Assembly (NCBI GenBank): GCA_046597055.1
Contig: JBKJLC010000278.1
Coordinates: 25,766-89,765 of the forward strand
Length of the DNA stretch: 64,000 bases
DNA from: Kofleriaceae bacterium
Lineage (GTDB): Bacteria > Myxococcota_A > Polyangia > Haliangiales > Haliangiaceae
Direction of reading: 5' to 3'
Shown: positions 39,774 through 49,939 of the stretch, in pieces
Layout of the letters: every line of letters begins with the position of its first letter
How positions within the stretch are numbered: the stretch's first letter is position 1
Position numbers and translations under genes: made by a program
Notes under the pieces: model-generated
The model's database searches: none
Seen by the model: only the letters and a program-made list of their open reading frames with translations
What the model was told of the DNA's origin: nothing

Positions 39774-41030
39774 ATGCGCACATCCGACCCGCTTGCCGCT
39801 TGCCGTCCGGGCCTCGCCCGCGTGCTCAGCCTGACCGCAGCCCTCGCCCTCGCGCTGGCCCCGTCGACCGCGGCCGCGCGCACCGCGGCCACCGACCGCA
39901 TCCTGCGTAACGTGACGATCGCGATCGACAGCGTCAAGCCGGACCCGGCGCTCGCCGCAGGGCCGATCTCCGCCAACGACCGCCCGTCCGCCACCAACCT
40001 GCTGCGCGACCTCGACTACGCGCTCGGCCGCGCCGATGATCTCGGCCGGATCGCGGCCGAGGACCAGCACGACCCGGAGGTGGTGGCGATCACCGCGCGC
40101 ATCGAGCAGCTGCGGCGCTACCGCGACCAGCTCGCCAAGCACCTCGACCAGTCGCGCGCCGCCGGCGCCGCGCTCGATGCCATGTACCGGGCGTTTCGCG
40201 ACGACGCCAGGCCCTACGCCGGGGCGCTGGCGGTGTTTCCGGAGGCGTCGGGCTCGGCCCAGGTGGCGATCAACGTCTCGGCTGCGCGGCTGGCCACCGC
40301 CATGCAGGAGCTCGCCACGCTCGACCAGCTGTGCACCACCCGCTACGCCGGGCTGGCCGCCGACCCCAAGCTCACGTTCCAGCTCGCGTTCGATCCGATC
40401 GCGGTGTGCGCGACCGCCGCCAACCGCCAGCGGCTGGCGGTCGCGATGGTCGAGGCAAGCGTGCGGCGCGACCTCACCCGCTGGCAGGCCAGGCTCGACG
40501 AGGCGCGCACGTCGCTGCAAGGCACGGACGGCTTCGTCCCGATCTCGGGCAACGTCATGGACGAGCTGATCCACGACCGGCCGGCGGCGATGGCCGGGTT
40601 CCTGGCCCTGCACCAGCCGTACTTCGCCGCGGTGTCGATGCCGGTCCCGGCGGATCTGCTGAAGCCCCTCGATCAGGCCGCCGACGCGCTGTGGGCCGAG
40701 ATCGACCGGCTGGCGCCGACGTACAGCTTCCCGCGCGGGCTCCGCCACGACAGCCGGGCCGAGGCCGGTGCCCGGGCCGAGCTCCCGCGGCGCGTCAAGG
40801 GCAGCAAGGTGATCAAGACGGGCGTGCTGTTCGCCGACTGGACCGTGGCCCGCACCGGGGCCATCCCGACCGAGCGCTACCGGACCGGCGCGATCCTCTT
40901 CAAGACCGCGCGGTCGAAGTGGTGCCAGTACCGAGAGTTCACCGCGCACGCGGCGTACCAGGGGGGCGGTCGCTACGCCACCCACCTGACGTACACGTTC
41001 GCCGGGCTGCGCTACCAGACCTGCAAGTGA
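39774..41030 (+). CDS. Secreted hypothetical protein
   Basis: GGAGGG RBS, signal peptide, helical body and beta-rich C-terminus with Cys pair. Confidence 0.72.
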   Translation: MRTSDPLAACRPGLARVLSLTAALALALAPSTAAARTAATDRILRNVTIAIDSVKPDPALAAGPISANDRPSATNLLRDLDYALGRADDLGRIAAEDQHDPEVVAITARIEQLRRYRDQLAKHLDQSRAAGAALDAMYRAFRDDARPYAGALAVFPEASGSAQVAINVSAARLATAMQELATLDQLCTTRYAGLAADPKLTFQLAFDPIAVCATAANRQRLAVAMVEASVRRDLTRWQARLDEARTSLQGTDGFVPISGNVMDELIHDRPAAMAGFLALHQPYFAAVSMPVPADLLKPLDQAADALWAEIDRLAPTYSFPRGLRHDSRAEAGARAELPRRVKGSKVIKTGVLFADWTVARTGAIPTERYRTGAILFKTARSKWCQYREFTAHAAYQGGGRYATHLTYTFAGLRYQTCK

Positions 41031-41090
41031 GCGGCGCCGCCCGGGTGCCGCGGCGATCCCTGGGCTGGCGGGTATGCTAATCCTCCCGCG

Positions 41091-42953
41091 GTGAGCGAGC
41101 AGTCAGGGACCGGACGCGCCCGGAGCGCGTGGGACTACCTGGCCGGCTACCGGGGCGCGATCGGCGGCGGCGTGGTGATGCTGCTGCTCACCAACGCCCT
41201 GTTCGTCGGCATCCCGGTCACCACCGGCATGACGATCGAGGCGCTGCGCGGCAACGACCCGGCCGGCGAGGTGCCTTGGCTGGCGCTGGCGATGGTCGGG
41301 TTCGCCCTCGGCACCGCGATCACGCGCATCCTGTCGCGGGTCTGGATCTTCAACGCCGCGCGCGGCGCCGAGTACGAGCTGCGCGGCGATCTGTTCCGCC
41401 ACCTGCTGCACCTCGACCTGCCCTACTACCGCAGCCACCCCACCGGCGACGTGATGTCGCGCCTCACCAACGACGTGCAGACCGTGCGCGCGATGTGGGG
41501 CGCCGGCATCCTCAACATCGTCAACACGCTGTTCGCGTTCGCGACCGTGCTGGTGATGATGCTGCGGATCGACCCGTGGCTGACGCTGTGGGCGTGCCTG
41601 CCCTACCCGGCGATGATCGCGGCCGGCCGGGTGTTCGGGCGCCGCATCTACAAGACCAGCCGCGACGTCCAGGCCCAGCTCGGCGCGCTGTCCAACGAGA
41701 TCCAGGAGGATCTGACGTCGATCCAGGCGATCAAGACCTACGGGCTCGAGACCGTGCGTCGCGACCGGTTCGGCGCGTCGTCGCGCAAGCTGCTCGACGC
41801 CAACATGGCCCTGACCCGCGTGCGCGGCCAGATGGGGCCGATGTTCGTGTTCTTCGCGTCGCTGTCGACGGTCGCGGTGCTGTGGGTCGGCGGCCAGCTG
41901 AAGATGCGCGGCGAGATCACGCTCGGCCAGCTGGTCGAGATGACCGGCTACCTGGCGCGCCTGGTGTGGCCGACCCTGGCGCTCGGCTGGATGTTGTCCC
42001 TCTTGCAGCGCGGGCGCGCGTCGTGGGTGCGGCTCGAGTCGCTGCTCGAGACCCGGCCGGCGATCGTCGACGGCCCCGGGCCGGGGCTGCCGGCGACCCA
42101 GCGCCAGGGCGGGCTCGAGCTCAGGGGCCTGACCGTCGCGATCGGCGACCGCCGCCTGCTCGACGAGGTCAGCCTGGTGGTGCCGGCCGGCACCACCACC
42201 GCGATCGTCGGCCGCACCGGCAGCGGCAAGAGCACGCTGTGCGAGGCGGTGTGCCGGCTCATCGACGTGGCGCCCGGCTCGGTCTGGCTCGACGGCCGCG
42301 ACATCACCACGCTGCCGCTCGCCGATCTGCGGGCGGCGATCGGCTACGCGCCCCAGGAGGCGTTCCTGTTCTCGACCACGATCGCCGACAACATCGCGTT
42401 CGGCTTCGGCGGCGGGTCGAGCCTGCCCCACGCGCGCGCCGAGGAGCTCGAGCGGGTCACCGGCGCTCGCACCCAGATCGCCGCGCCCGCGTTCCTCGAC
42501 GGCCACCCCGATCCGCGGGTGGTCGCGGCCGCCGAGGCGGCCGGGCTCGGCCGCGATCTCGAGTCGATGCCCGAGGGGTTCGCCACCGTGGTCGGCGAGC
42601 GCGGCATCACGCTGTCGGGCGGCCAGCGCCAGCGGGTCGCGCTGGCGCGCGCGATCGCGGCCGACCCGCGCCTCCTGATCCTCGACGACTCGCTGTCGTC
42701 GGTCGACGCCGAGACCGAGCGGGTCATCCTCGATCGCCTGGCCGCGGTGCTGCGCGGCCGCACCGCGCTCCTCATCTCGCACCGGGTGGCGGCGGTGAAG
42801 AACGCCCACCAGATCGTCGTGCTCGACGAGGGCAAGGTCGCCGAGATCGGCAAGCACGCCGAGCTGCTCGCGCTCGGCGGCGTCTACGCCGAGCTGTACC
42901 GGACCCAGCTCGCCGCCGGCGGCATGGTCGAGCCGACCCGGGAGGCGGTGTGA
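41091..42953 (+). CDS. ABC exporter, fused permease/ATPase (first half of heterodimer)
   Basis: TM domain, Walker A GRTGSGKS, signature LSGGQ, degenerate Walker B ILDD. Confidence 0.93.
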   Translation: MSEQSGTGRARSAWDYLAGYRGAIGGGVVMLLLTNALFVGIPVTTGMTIEALRGNDPAGEVPWLALAMVGFALGTAITRILSRVWIFNAARGAEYELRGDLFRHLLHLDLPYYRSHPTGDVMSRLTNDVQTVRAMWGAGILNIVNTLFAFATVLVMMLRIDPWLTLWACLPYPAMIAAGRVFGRRIYKTSRDVQAQLGALSNEIQEDLTSIQAIKTYGLETVRRDRFGASSRKLLDANMALTRVRGQMGPMFVFFASLSTVAVLWVGGQLKMRGEITLGQLVEMTGYLARLVWPTLALGWMLSLLQRGRASWVRLESLLETRPAIVDGPGPGLPATQRQGGLELRGLTVAIGDRRLLDEVSLVVPAGTTTAIVGRTGSGKSTLCEAVCRLIDVAPGSVWLDGRDITTLPLADLRAAIGYAPQEAFLFSTTIADNIAFGFGGGSSLPHARAEELERVTGARTQIAAPAFLDGHPDPRVVAAAEAAGLGRDLESMPEGFATVVGERGITLSGGQRQRVALARAIAADPRLLILDDSLSSVDAETERVILDRLAAVLRGRTALLISHRVAAVKNAHQIVVLDEGKVAEIGKHAELLALGGVYAELYRTQLAAGGMVEPTREAV

Positions 42954-44833
42954 GCACGGCGGCGCCCCGACCGGTGGCCGCGGCGCCCGCGGGCGAGGCG
43001 GTCCTCGGCAAGGCCTACGACCTGCGGCTGATGCGCCAGCTGTGGCCGTTCGTGCGGCCGCACTGGCGGCTGGTGCTGCTGTCGTTCGTGTTCATCCCGC
43101 TGACCCTGGTGTTCGAGCTGGCCCAGCCCTACCTGGTCAAGCTGGCGATCGTCGACCACATCGCGCTCGATCGCCCCGACGGGCTGCAGACGCTGATGCT
43201 CGCCTTCCTGGCGCTGGTCGGGCTGCAGGCGACCTCGTCGTTCTTCGAGCAGTGGGCGATCCAGCTGCTCGGCCAGCGCTCGATGCACGGGCTGCGGCTG
43301 GCGATCTACGACCACGTGCTGCGCCAGCGGGCCGCCTTCTTCGACCGCATGCCGGTCGGGCGGCTGTTGACCCGCATGACCAACGACATCGAGAGCATCA
43401 ACGAGATGTTCGCGTCGGGCGTGGTCACCCTGCTCGCCGACTTCGTGAAGATGGTCGCGATCGCGATCATCATGTTCACGCTCGACGCCAAGCTGACCTT
43501 GATCACGTTCCTGACCCTGCCGCTCTTGCTGGTGCTGGTCGACTCCTCGCGACGGGCGATGCGGACCTCGTTCCGCGCGATCCGGGTCCGGCTGGCGGCG
43601 ATGAACGCGTTCGTGCAGGAGCACCTGTCGGGCATCAAGGTCGTGCAGATCTTCCGGCGCGAGGACGCGGCCGGCAAGGAGTACGACCTCATCAACGCCG
43701 GCCACCGCGACGCCTACCTGTCGTCGATCCGCGCGGACGCGGCGATGTACGCGCTGGTCGAGGCGATCGCGGTGCTCGCGATCGCGCTGGTCGCGTGGTG
43801 GGCCGCGCGCCACCTCGGCGTGGGCGCCAGCACGATCGCCACGGTCGGCCTGGTCGTCGTGTTCATCGAGTACCTCAACAAGTTCTTCGTCCCGATCCGC
43901 GACCTGTCGGCCAAGTACGCCGTCATGCAGGGCGCGATGGCCGCGACCGAGCGGATCATGGAGCTGATCGGCACCGACGAGCGCGACGCGCCGGCCACCG
44001 GCCGGCCGGTGGGGGTGGCGGCCGCCCCGCCGACCGCCGCGCCGACGGCACCGACCGCACCGACCGACGCGCCACCCCCGAGCGATCACGACGAGATCCT
44101 GGTCCGGTTCCGCGACGTCGCGTTCTCGTACAACGCCGAGCCGGTCCTGCGCGGGGTGTCGCTCGAGGTTCCGCGCGGCCACACGGTCGCGCTGGTCGGC
44201 GCCACCGGCTCCGGCAAGTCGACGCTCATCAAGCTGCTGACCCGCCTCTACGAGATCGGCGACGGCGTCATCGAGCTGGGCGGGGTCGACATCCGCCAGC
44301 TGCCGGTCGGCGACGTCCGGCGCCGGATCACCGTGGTCTCGCAGGACGTTGCGCTGTTCGCCGGCACCGTCTACGACAACGTCGCACTCGGCGGGGTCGC
44401 CCGCGGGGCGCCGGCCAGCCGGGCCGAGGTCGAGGGTGCGCTGCGCCGGGTCGGCTTCGAGCGGCTGCTGGCCCGCCGCAACCAGGGCATCGACGCGCCG
44501 GTCGGCGAGCGCGGCGGCGGCTTCTCGGCCGGCGAGCGCCAGCTGCTGGCGTTCGCCCGCGCCCTGGTCCGCGACCCCGAGATCCTCGTGCTCGACGAGG
44601 CGACCGCCCACGTCGACCCCGAGGCCGAGGAGCTGATCGAGCGCGGCGTCGCCGAGCTGATGCGCGGCCGCACCACCCTGGTCATCGCCCACCGGCTGTC
44701 GACCATCCGCCACGCCGACGAGATCGTCGTGCTCGACCGCGGCCGGGTGATCGAGCGCGGCACCCACGACGAGCTGGTCGCCCGTGGCGGCGCCTACGCC
44801 CAGCTCGAGCGGACGTTCCACCGGTCCACCTGA
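42950..44833 (+). CDS. ABC exporter, fused permease/ATPase (second half of heterodimer)
   Basis: GTG overlaps the upstream TGA; GATGSGKS, FSAGERQ, VLDEAT, AHRLST. It is the C-terminal part of track ORF 41129..44833. Confidence 0.92.
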   Translation: MSTAAPRPVAAAPAGEAVLGKAYDLRLMRQLWPFVRPHWRLVLLSFVFIPLTLVFELAQPYLVKLAIVDHIALDRPDGLQTLMLAFLALVGLQATSSFFEQWAIQLLGQRSMHGLRLAIYDHVLRQRAAFFDRMPVGRLLTRMTNDIESINEMFASGVVTLLADFVKMVAIAIIMFTLDAKLTLITFLTLPLLLVLVDSSRRAMRTSFRAIRVRLAAMNAFVQEHLSGIKVVQIFRREDAAGKEYDLINAGHRDAYLSSIRADAAMYALVEAIAVLAIALVAWWAARHLGVGASTIATVGLVVVFIEYLNKFFVPIRDLSAKYAVMQGAMAATERIMELIGTDERDAPATGRPVGVAAAPPTAAPTAPTAPTDAPPPSDHDEILVRFRDVAFSYNAEPVLRGVSLEVPRGHTVALVGATGSGKSTLIKLLTRLYEIGDGVIELGGVDIRQLPVGDVRRRITVVSQDVALFAGTVYDNVALGGVARGAPASRAEVEGALRRVGFERLLARRNQGIDAPVGERGGGFSAGERQLLAFARALVRDPEILVLDEATAHVDPEAEELIERGVAELMRGRTTLVIAHRLSTIRHADEIVVLDRGRVIERGTHDELVARGGAYAQLERTFHRST

Positions 44834-44899
44834 CGGCGGTCGCAGGGCGCCCCGCGACCAATCCGCGCGCGACCACGAGGTTCGGGGTATCCTTCCGGC

Positions 44900-47290
44900 G
44901 TGCCATCCCTGCCCGACGGCGGCGCCAAGCTCGGCTTGGCCTTCGAGGCGATGGTGGACGGCGTCGTGGTGGCCGACACCCGCACCGGCGAGTGCGAGGT
45001 CAACCGGGCCGCGCGCGGGTTCCTCGGCCTCGGTGACGGCCCGATCACGACCCGGTTCCTGGCCGACAAGCTCGGTTTCTATCCGTTCGATCTGATCGCC
45101 GGCGCCGGCGGCGCGCCGCTGCGCGAGGAGATCCGCATCGGCGAGCAGCTGCTGCACTCGGTGATCACGCCGATCGTCGAGGCCGGGGTCACCGTCGGCG
45201 CGGTGGTGGTGCTGCGTGATCTCGGCGCCACCCGCGACCTCGCCCAGCGTCATGGTGACCTGGTCCGGATCATGTCGCACGAGCTGCGCACGCCGCTGAC
45301 CTCGGTCGCCGGCGCGCTCGACATCGTGCTGACCGGCTACGCCGGCCCGCTCACCGACAAGCAGACCCGCTACGTCGACATGGCACGTCAGGCCGCGACC
45401 CGCATGAGCCTGGTGATCGACCAGCTGGTCGACACCACCCGGATCGCGGCCGGGCCGATCGAGCTGAGCCGCTCGCCGATCCTGATCGGCCGGCTGACCA
45501 GCGACATGGTCGATCGCTACCGCGACGCGGCCCGGGCCCGGGGCGTGACCATGGGCTTCACGGTGGTCGCCGAGGACGTCGCGGTCGCCGCCGACCCCGA
45601 GAAGCTGTCGCGGGTGCTCGGCAATCTCTTGTCGAACTCGATCAACTTCGCGGGCGACGGTGGCCGGGTCGCGGTCGAGGTGTTCGGACCTCCGGTGGTC
45701 GCCGACGCGGTCGGGGTCTCGGTGTGGAACGACGGCGCGCCGATCCCGGTCAGCGAGCGCGAGCGCATCTTCGCCGGCCCCGACGCCGCGTCGCGCCGGG
45801 TGGTCGGCACCGGGCTCGGCCTCGGCATCTCGCGCGCGATCGTCGAGGCCCACGGCGGCCGGATCTGGGTCGAGTCGAGCACCGCCGGCACCAAGTTCGT
45901 GTTCACCCTGCCGGCCCGGTCGGCGCCGGCGATCGAGCCGTTCCGCGAGCCGCCGCCGCGCATCGATCCGTCCGACAGCGTCCGTGCGCTGGTGGTCGAC
46001 GACGACGCCCACTCGGCATATCTGCTCAAGGGCCTCCTCATGGCCGCCGGCCACGAGGTCGTGGTCGCCGCCGACGCTGACGACGCGATGTACGCGGCCC
46101 GGGCCGAGCCGATCGCGCTGGCGGTGGTGTCGGCCGACGTCGCCGATGCCAGCCCGCTGATCGCGCTGCTCGAGCACGATCCCGACACCCGCAAGGTCGC
46201 GGTGCTCGCGCTGGCCGACGCCAGCCGCCACGCCGACCTGCTGGCCGCGGGCGCCGACGATTGCCTGGAGCGGCCGGTGCAGCCCGCGCTGTTCCACGAG
46301 ACCTGCGCCCGGCTCCTGCTCGAGGCCGGCCGGCGCGAGGCCGCGCGCATCCTGGTGGTGGACGACGACACCTCGGTCCGCGCGATCTGCCGCGAGATCC
46401 TGACCCAGGCCGGCTACGCGGTCCGCGACGTCGGCAGCTCCGACGCCGCGATGGCCGAGGCCCGCCGGTTCCGGCCCGAGCTGGTGCTGCTCGACGTGAT
46501 GATGCCGCTGATCGACGGCTTCAAGACCGCCGAGCGGCTGCGCGCCGATCCGTCGACCGGCATGACGCCGATCATCTTCCTGTCGGCCAAGGGCGAGACC
46601 GCTGACAAGGTGCGCGCGTTCCGCTCGGGCGCCGAGGACTACGTGGTCAAGCCGTTCGACGCGGTCGAGCTGGTCGCGCGGGTCGGCAAGGCGCTGGCGC
46701 GCTCGGCCCGCGAGCTGGGCGCGTCGCCGACCACCCAGCTGCCGGGCGCCGACGCGATCAGCGCCGAGGTCGAGCGCCGGATCGCGGGCGAGCCGAGCGC
46801 GGTCTGCTGCTACGTCGACCTCGACAACTTCAAGGCGTTCAACGACTACTTCGGGGTCGCCCGCGCCGACGCGGTGATCCGCCAGACCGGCGACCTCATC
46901 CGCGAGGTGGTCAACCGGCTGGGCGCGACCGGCGACTTCATCGGCCACGTGGCCGGCGACGACTTCGTGGTCGTCGGCGAAGGCGCCCGGGTCGACGAGG
47001 TCTGCTGCGAGCTGATCAAGCGCTTCGACCGCGTGATCCCGTTCTACTACGACCGCGACGATCGCAAACGCGGCTACATCGAGACCAACGATCGCTACGG
47101 CATCGTCCGCCAGTTCCCGATCATGACGGTGTCGATCGCCGCGGTCGACCTGCACAACATGTCGTCGTTCGCCGAGGTGTCGACCGCGGCCGCGGTCGGC
47201 AAGGCCGCCGCCAAGACCCTGCCGTCGTCGGCCTACGTGCGGGCCGGGCGGATCGTGGTGCCGGCCCCGGGCCAGCTTCCAAGCCGCTGA
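44900..47290 (+). CDS. Hybrid sensor: PAS - HisKA - HATPase - REC(degenerate) - REC - GGDEF-like
   Basis: SHELRTPL, NLLSNSINF, GTGLGLGI, LLDVMMP..DG, YVDLDNFKAFND, HVAGDDF. Confidence 0.9.
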   Translation: MPSLPDGGAKLGLAFEAMVDGVVVADTRTGECEVNRAARGFLGLGDGPITTRFLADKLGFYPFDLIAGAGGAPLREEIRIGEQLLHSVITPIVEAGVTVGAVVVLRDLGATRDLAQRHGDLVRIMSHELRTPLTSVAGALDIVLTGYAGPLTDKQTRYVDMARQAATRMSLVIDQLVDTTRIAAGPIELSRSPILIGRLTSDMVDRYRDAARARGVTMGFTVVAEDVAVAADPEKLSRVLGNLLSNSINFAGDGGRVAVEVFGPPVVADAVGVSVWNDGAPIPVSERERIFAGPDAASRRVVGTGLGLGISRAIVEAHGGRIWVESSTAGTKFVFTLPARSAPAIEPFREPPPRIDPSDSVRALVVDDDAHSAYLLKGLLMAAGHEVVVAADADDAMYAARAEPIALAVVSADVADASPLIALLEHDPDTRKVAVLALADASRHADLLAAGADDCLERPVQPALFHETCARLLLEAGRREAARILVVDDDTSVRAICREILTQAGYAVRDVGSSDAAMAEARRFRPELVLLDVMMPLIDGFKTAERLRADPSTGMTPIIFLSAKGETADKVRAFRSGAEDYVVKPFDAVELVARVGKALARSARELGASPTTQLPGADAISAEVERRIAGEPSAVCCYVDLDNFKAFNDYFGVARADAVIRQTGDLIREVVNRLGATGDFIGHVAGDDFVVVGEGARVDEVCCELIKRFDRVIPFYYDRDDRKRGYIETNDRYGIVRQFPIMTVSIAAVDLHNMSSFAEVSTAAAVGKAAAKTLPSSAYVRAGRIVVPAPGQLPSR

Positions 47291-47294
47291 CGGG

Positions 47295-48383
47295 TCAGGC
47301 GCCGAGCTCGATGCCGACCGCGCGGGCGGCCTTGGCCAGCTCGCCGTTCGGGTCGACCAGCTTCAGCTTCTTGATCGCCTTTTCGATCGGCTTGGCGACC
47401 ACGTGGTTGTTCTCGAGGGCGGCGACGTGGCCGAACTGGCCGGCGCCGATCAGGTCGACCGCCTTCACGCCGAAGCGGGTGGCCAGCTCGCGATCGAACG
47501 CGCACGGCGCGCCGCCGCGCTGGATGTGGCCGAGCACGGTGGTCCGGACCTCGTACTCGGTGCGCGCGATGATGGCCTCGGCCAGGCGCTGGCCGGCCCC
47601 GCCCAGCTTGTCCTGCTTGGTGGCGTCGCCCTTGGCCTCGACCGCGTAGTCGCCGCCCTTGGGCTTGGCGCCCTCGGCGACCACCACGATCGAGTACGAC
47701 ACCTTGCGGCCGTGGCGGTGATGGAACGACTCGATCACCCGGTCGAGGTCGTAGTCGATCTCGGGGATCAGCACGACGTGGGCGCCCCCGGCCAGGCCGG
47801 CGGTCAGCGCGATCCAGCCGGCGTAGCGGCCCATGACCTCGACGATCATGATGCGCTCGTGGCTCTCGGCGGTGGTCTGCAGGCGCTCGAGCGCCTCGAC
47901 CACGATCTCGACCGCGGTCTGGAAGCCGATCGTGTAGTCGGTCGCCTCGAGATCGTTGTCGATGGTCTTGGGCACGCCGACGATGCGCGACGCGCCCTTG
48001 TCGATGAACTTCTTGGCGAACGACATCGTGCCGTCGCCGCCGACCACGATCAGGCCCTGCAGATCGAGGCGGTGCAGGTTGGCCATGCACTTCGCGCTGA
48101 CGTCGTGGACCTCGACCCGGCCGTCGGGCAGCTTGAGCGGGTACGCGAACGGGTTGGCGCGGTTCGACGAGCCCAGCATGGTGCCGCCGCGGCCGAGCAC
48201 GTGATCCATCCGGGCCGCATCGAGGTCGACGTACTCCTCCTCGTAGAGGCCCTCGAACCCGTCGCGGATCCCGACCGTCTCCCAGCCGAAGGTGTTGCGG
48301 GCGTGCAGCACCGCGGCGCGGATGACGCCATTGAGGCCAGGGCAATCGCCGCCGCCCGTCAGAATCCCGATGCGCTTGCTCAT
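47295..48383 (-). CDS. pfkA: 6-phosphofructokinase (group III / mixed-substrate type)
   Basis: GILTGGGDCPGLN, GGTMLGSS, GGDGT, PKTIDND, EVMGRYAGW, LGHIQRGG. Confidence 0.95.
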   Translation of the reverse strand: MSKRIGILTGGGDCPGLNGVIRAAVLHARNTFGWETVGIRDGFEGLYEEEYVDLDAARMDHVLGRGGTMLGSSNRANPFAYPLKLPDGRVEVHDVSAKCMANLHRLDLQGLIVVGGDGTMSFAKKFIDKGASRIVGVPKTIDNDLEATDYTIGFQTAVEIVVEALERLQTTAESHERIMIVEVMGRYAGWIALTAGLAGGAHVVLIPEIDYDLDRVIESFHHRHGRKVSYSIVVVAEGAKPKGGDYAVEAKGDATKQDKLGGAGQRLAEAIIARTEYEVRTTVLGHIQRGGAPCAFDRELATRFGVKAVDLIGAGQFGHVAALENNHVVAKPIEKAIKKLKLVDPNGELAKAARAVGIELGA

Positions 48384-48447
48384 CGCGCCGAGTATGCCTC
48401 GAAAGAGTCTTGCCAGCGGCCCGCGGATCTGGAGAATCCCCGTCGCA

Positions 48448-48939
48448 ATGCCTCCTCTCGATGGGCTCGTCGTCGCGCGTTCTCGCATCCACGGATACGG
48501 GCTCATCACCACCCGGCGGTTCGCCGCCGGTGAGGTGATCGTCCACGGCGAAGGCGTCGCCTTCCGTGAGGAAGACGAGTTCGACGACACCTACGCTCTG
48601 GTGCTGCCGGGCGAGGACCACGTCGAGATCGCCGGCGGCGCCAACGTGTATTACGACCTCGTCGACCAGACCCGGTGGATCAACCACTCGTGCGATCCGA
48701 ACACCGAGGTCGAGTCCGGCAACGATCCGGACAATGGCCGGCTGCTCGCGTGGTGGGTCGCGGCCCGCGACCTCGAGCCGGGCGTCGAGCTGACCTACGA
48801 CTACGCGTTCGTCGGGCAACTGGCCGAGCCGTGCCGGTGCGGCGCCGCGAGCTGCCGCGGGCTGATCGTCGACTCCGATCCCGAGGAGCTCGCCGCGATC
48901 CCCGAGCACCTGCGCGGCCAGCTGCGCATGACCGCCTAG
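48448..48939 (+). CDS. SET-domain protein (lysine methyltransferase family) with post-SET motif
   Basis: SRIHGYG, RWINHSCDPN, ELTYDY, post-SET CRCGAASCRG. Confidence 0.92.
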   Translation: MPPLDGLVVARSRIHGYGLITTRRFAAGEVIVHGEGVAFREEDEFDDTYALVLPGEDHVEIAGGANVYYDLVDQTRWINHSCDPNTEVESGNDPDNGRLLAWWVAARDLEPGVELTYDYAFVGQLAEPCRCGAASCRGLIVDSDPEELAAIPEHLRGQLRMTA

Positions 48940-48971
48940 CGGTCACCCGGTCGAAGGCGCGGCCACGTGGG

Positions 48972-49412
48972 TCAGTCGCCGCTGCCGTTGTTGCCCTGCA
49001 GGCCGATATCCGACCGCGCCTCGATCAGCTTGCGGCACAGCCGCTCGCAGTTGCGGCACATCTCGGCACAGACGCGGCAGTGCTCGTGCTCGGACGCGTG
49101 ACGCTCGCACTCGGCGGCGCACAGCGCGGTCGCGACGGCGCACAGCGCGACCTGCTGCGCCAGCAGCGTGGGGTCCGCGTGCTGATGGCGCGACAGCATG
49201 CGCGAGGTCGAGATGCACACGTCCGCGCAGTCGAGGTTGAGCCGGACGCAGCGGACCAGCGCCTTGGGGTCGTCCTCGCCGAGACAGGCGTCGGCGCACG
49301 AGGAGCAGGCCTGCGATGCCAGGATGCAGGTCTCGATACACTGGATGAGCGGGACGGCGGGGACCGTCGGCGCTTGCGGGTTCATCTTCACCATCTGCGA
49401 GACGGTCAACAT
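48972..49412 (-). CDS. Four-helix-bundle copper storage protein (Csp3/DUF326-like)
   Basis: 16 Cys in CxxxC/CxxC helical spacing (ACSSCADAC; DCADVC; CAAECERH; HCRVCAEMCRNC); no export signal. Confidence 0.9.
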   Translation of the reverse strand: MLTVSQMVKMNPQAPTVPAVPLIQCIETCILASQACSSCADACLGEDDPKALVRCVRLNLDCADVCISTSRMLSRHQHADPTLLAQQVALCAVATALCAAECERHASEHEHCRVCAEMCRNCERLCRKLIEARSDIGLQGNNGSGD

Positions 49413-49435
49413 AGGAAGCCTCCGCGCAGGGTGAG

Positions 49436-49451
49436 TGCACGATGCGTGCCC
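49436..49451 (-). promoter_or_regulatory. Sigma54-type (-24/-12) promoter for the copper storage gene
   Basis: Minus strand gGGCACGCATCGTGCA = GG-N10-GC, ending 23 nt before the ATG. Confidence 0.6.
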
Positions 49452-49939
49452 TTGGCCGGACGGCCCCGAGAGGCTCGCAGGCGGATACGTCGCAGAACAG
49501 TCCGTGCGTGCGGGTCACAACGTGGCGACACCGCACGGGCAGCCGGGCCGCCCGCGTCGAATGGCGCCGGTATTCTGGCCGCGAATCGGTATGCTTGCGC
49601 ACGCGCCTGGAAGAGGCAATTCTTCCGGATGCCGATCGCCGCGGCGTGTGCGGTACGGTCTTCGCCGGTCGCAACAAGCCCGCGCCGGCGCGCACCGCGC
49701 TCTGTCCGGGAACCGGACAGTCGAGCGCGCGGCGCCGCTGGACTCGGCTGTGCCACCTGCGCTCGCGCGGCAGAGGCCGGTCCGTCGCCGGCGACGACGA
49801 GGTAATCACCGCGCAGGGATGAGCCGATGCGCGCACGAGGTGGCAACGTCGCGCCTACGGCGGCGAGGTGTGAGCTCGTCAGCGAAGATTGCGAAGAAGT
49901 CGCTTGCGCGATGCACGGGACCTTGCGACGGTCGCAGGT

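Noticed and set aside
41129..42949. Apparent 1234-aa ABC protein, suggesting a frameshifted fusion
   Set aside because: The N-terminal half is an off-frame read of the first ABC gene. The real second gene starts at GTG 42950, overlapping the upstream TGA, giving a normal heterodimeric exporter.
49435..49822. Short ORFs in the csp-recQ spacer
   Set aside because: No motifs, atypical codon usage, no clear translation signals; treated as non-coding.
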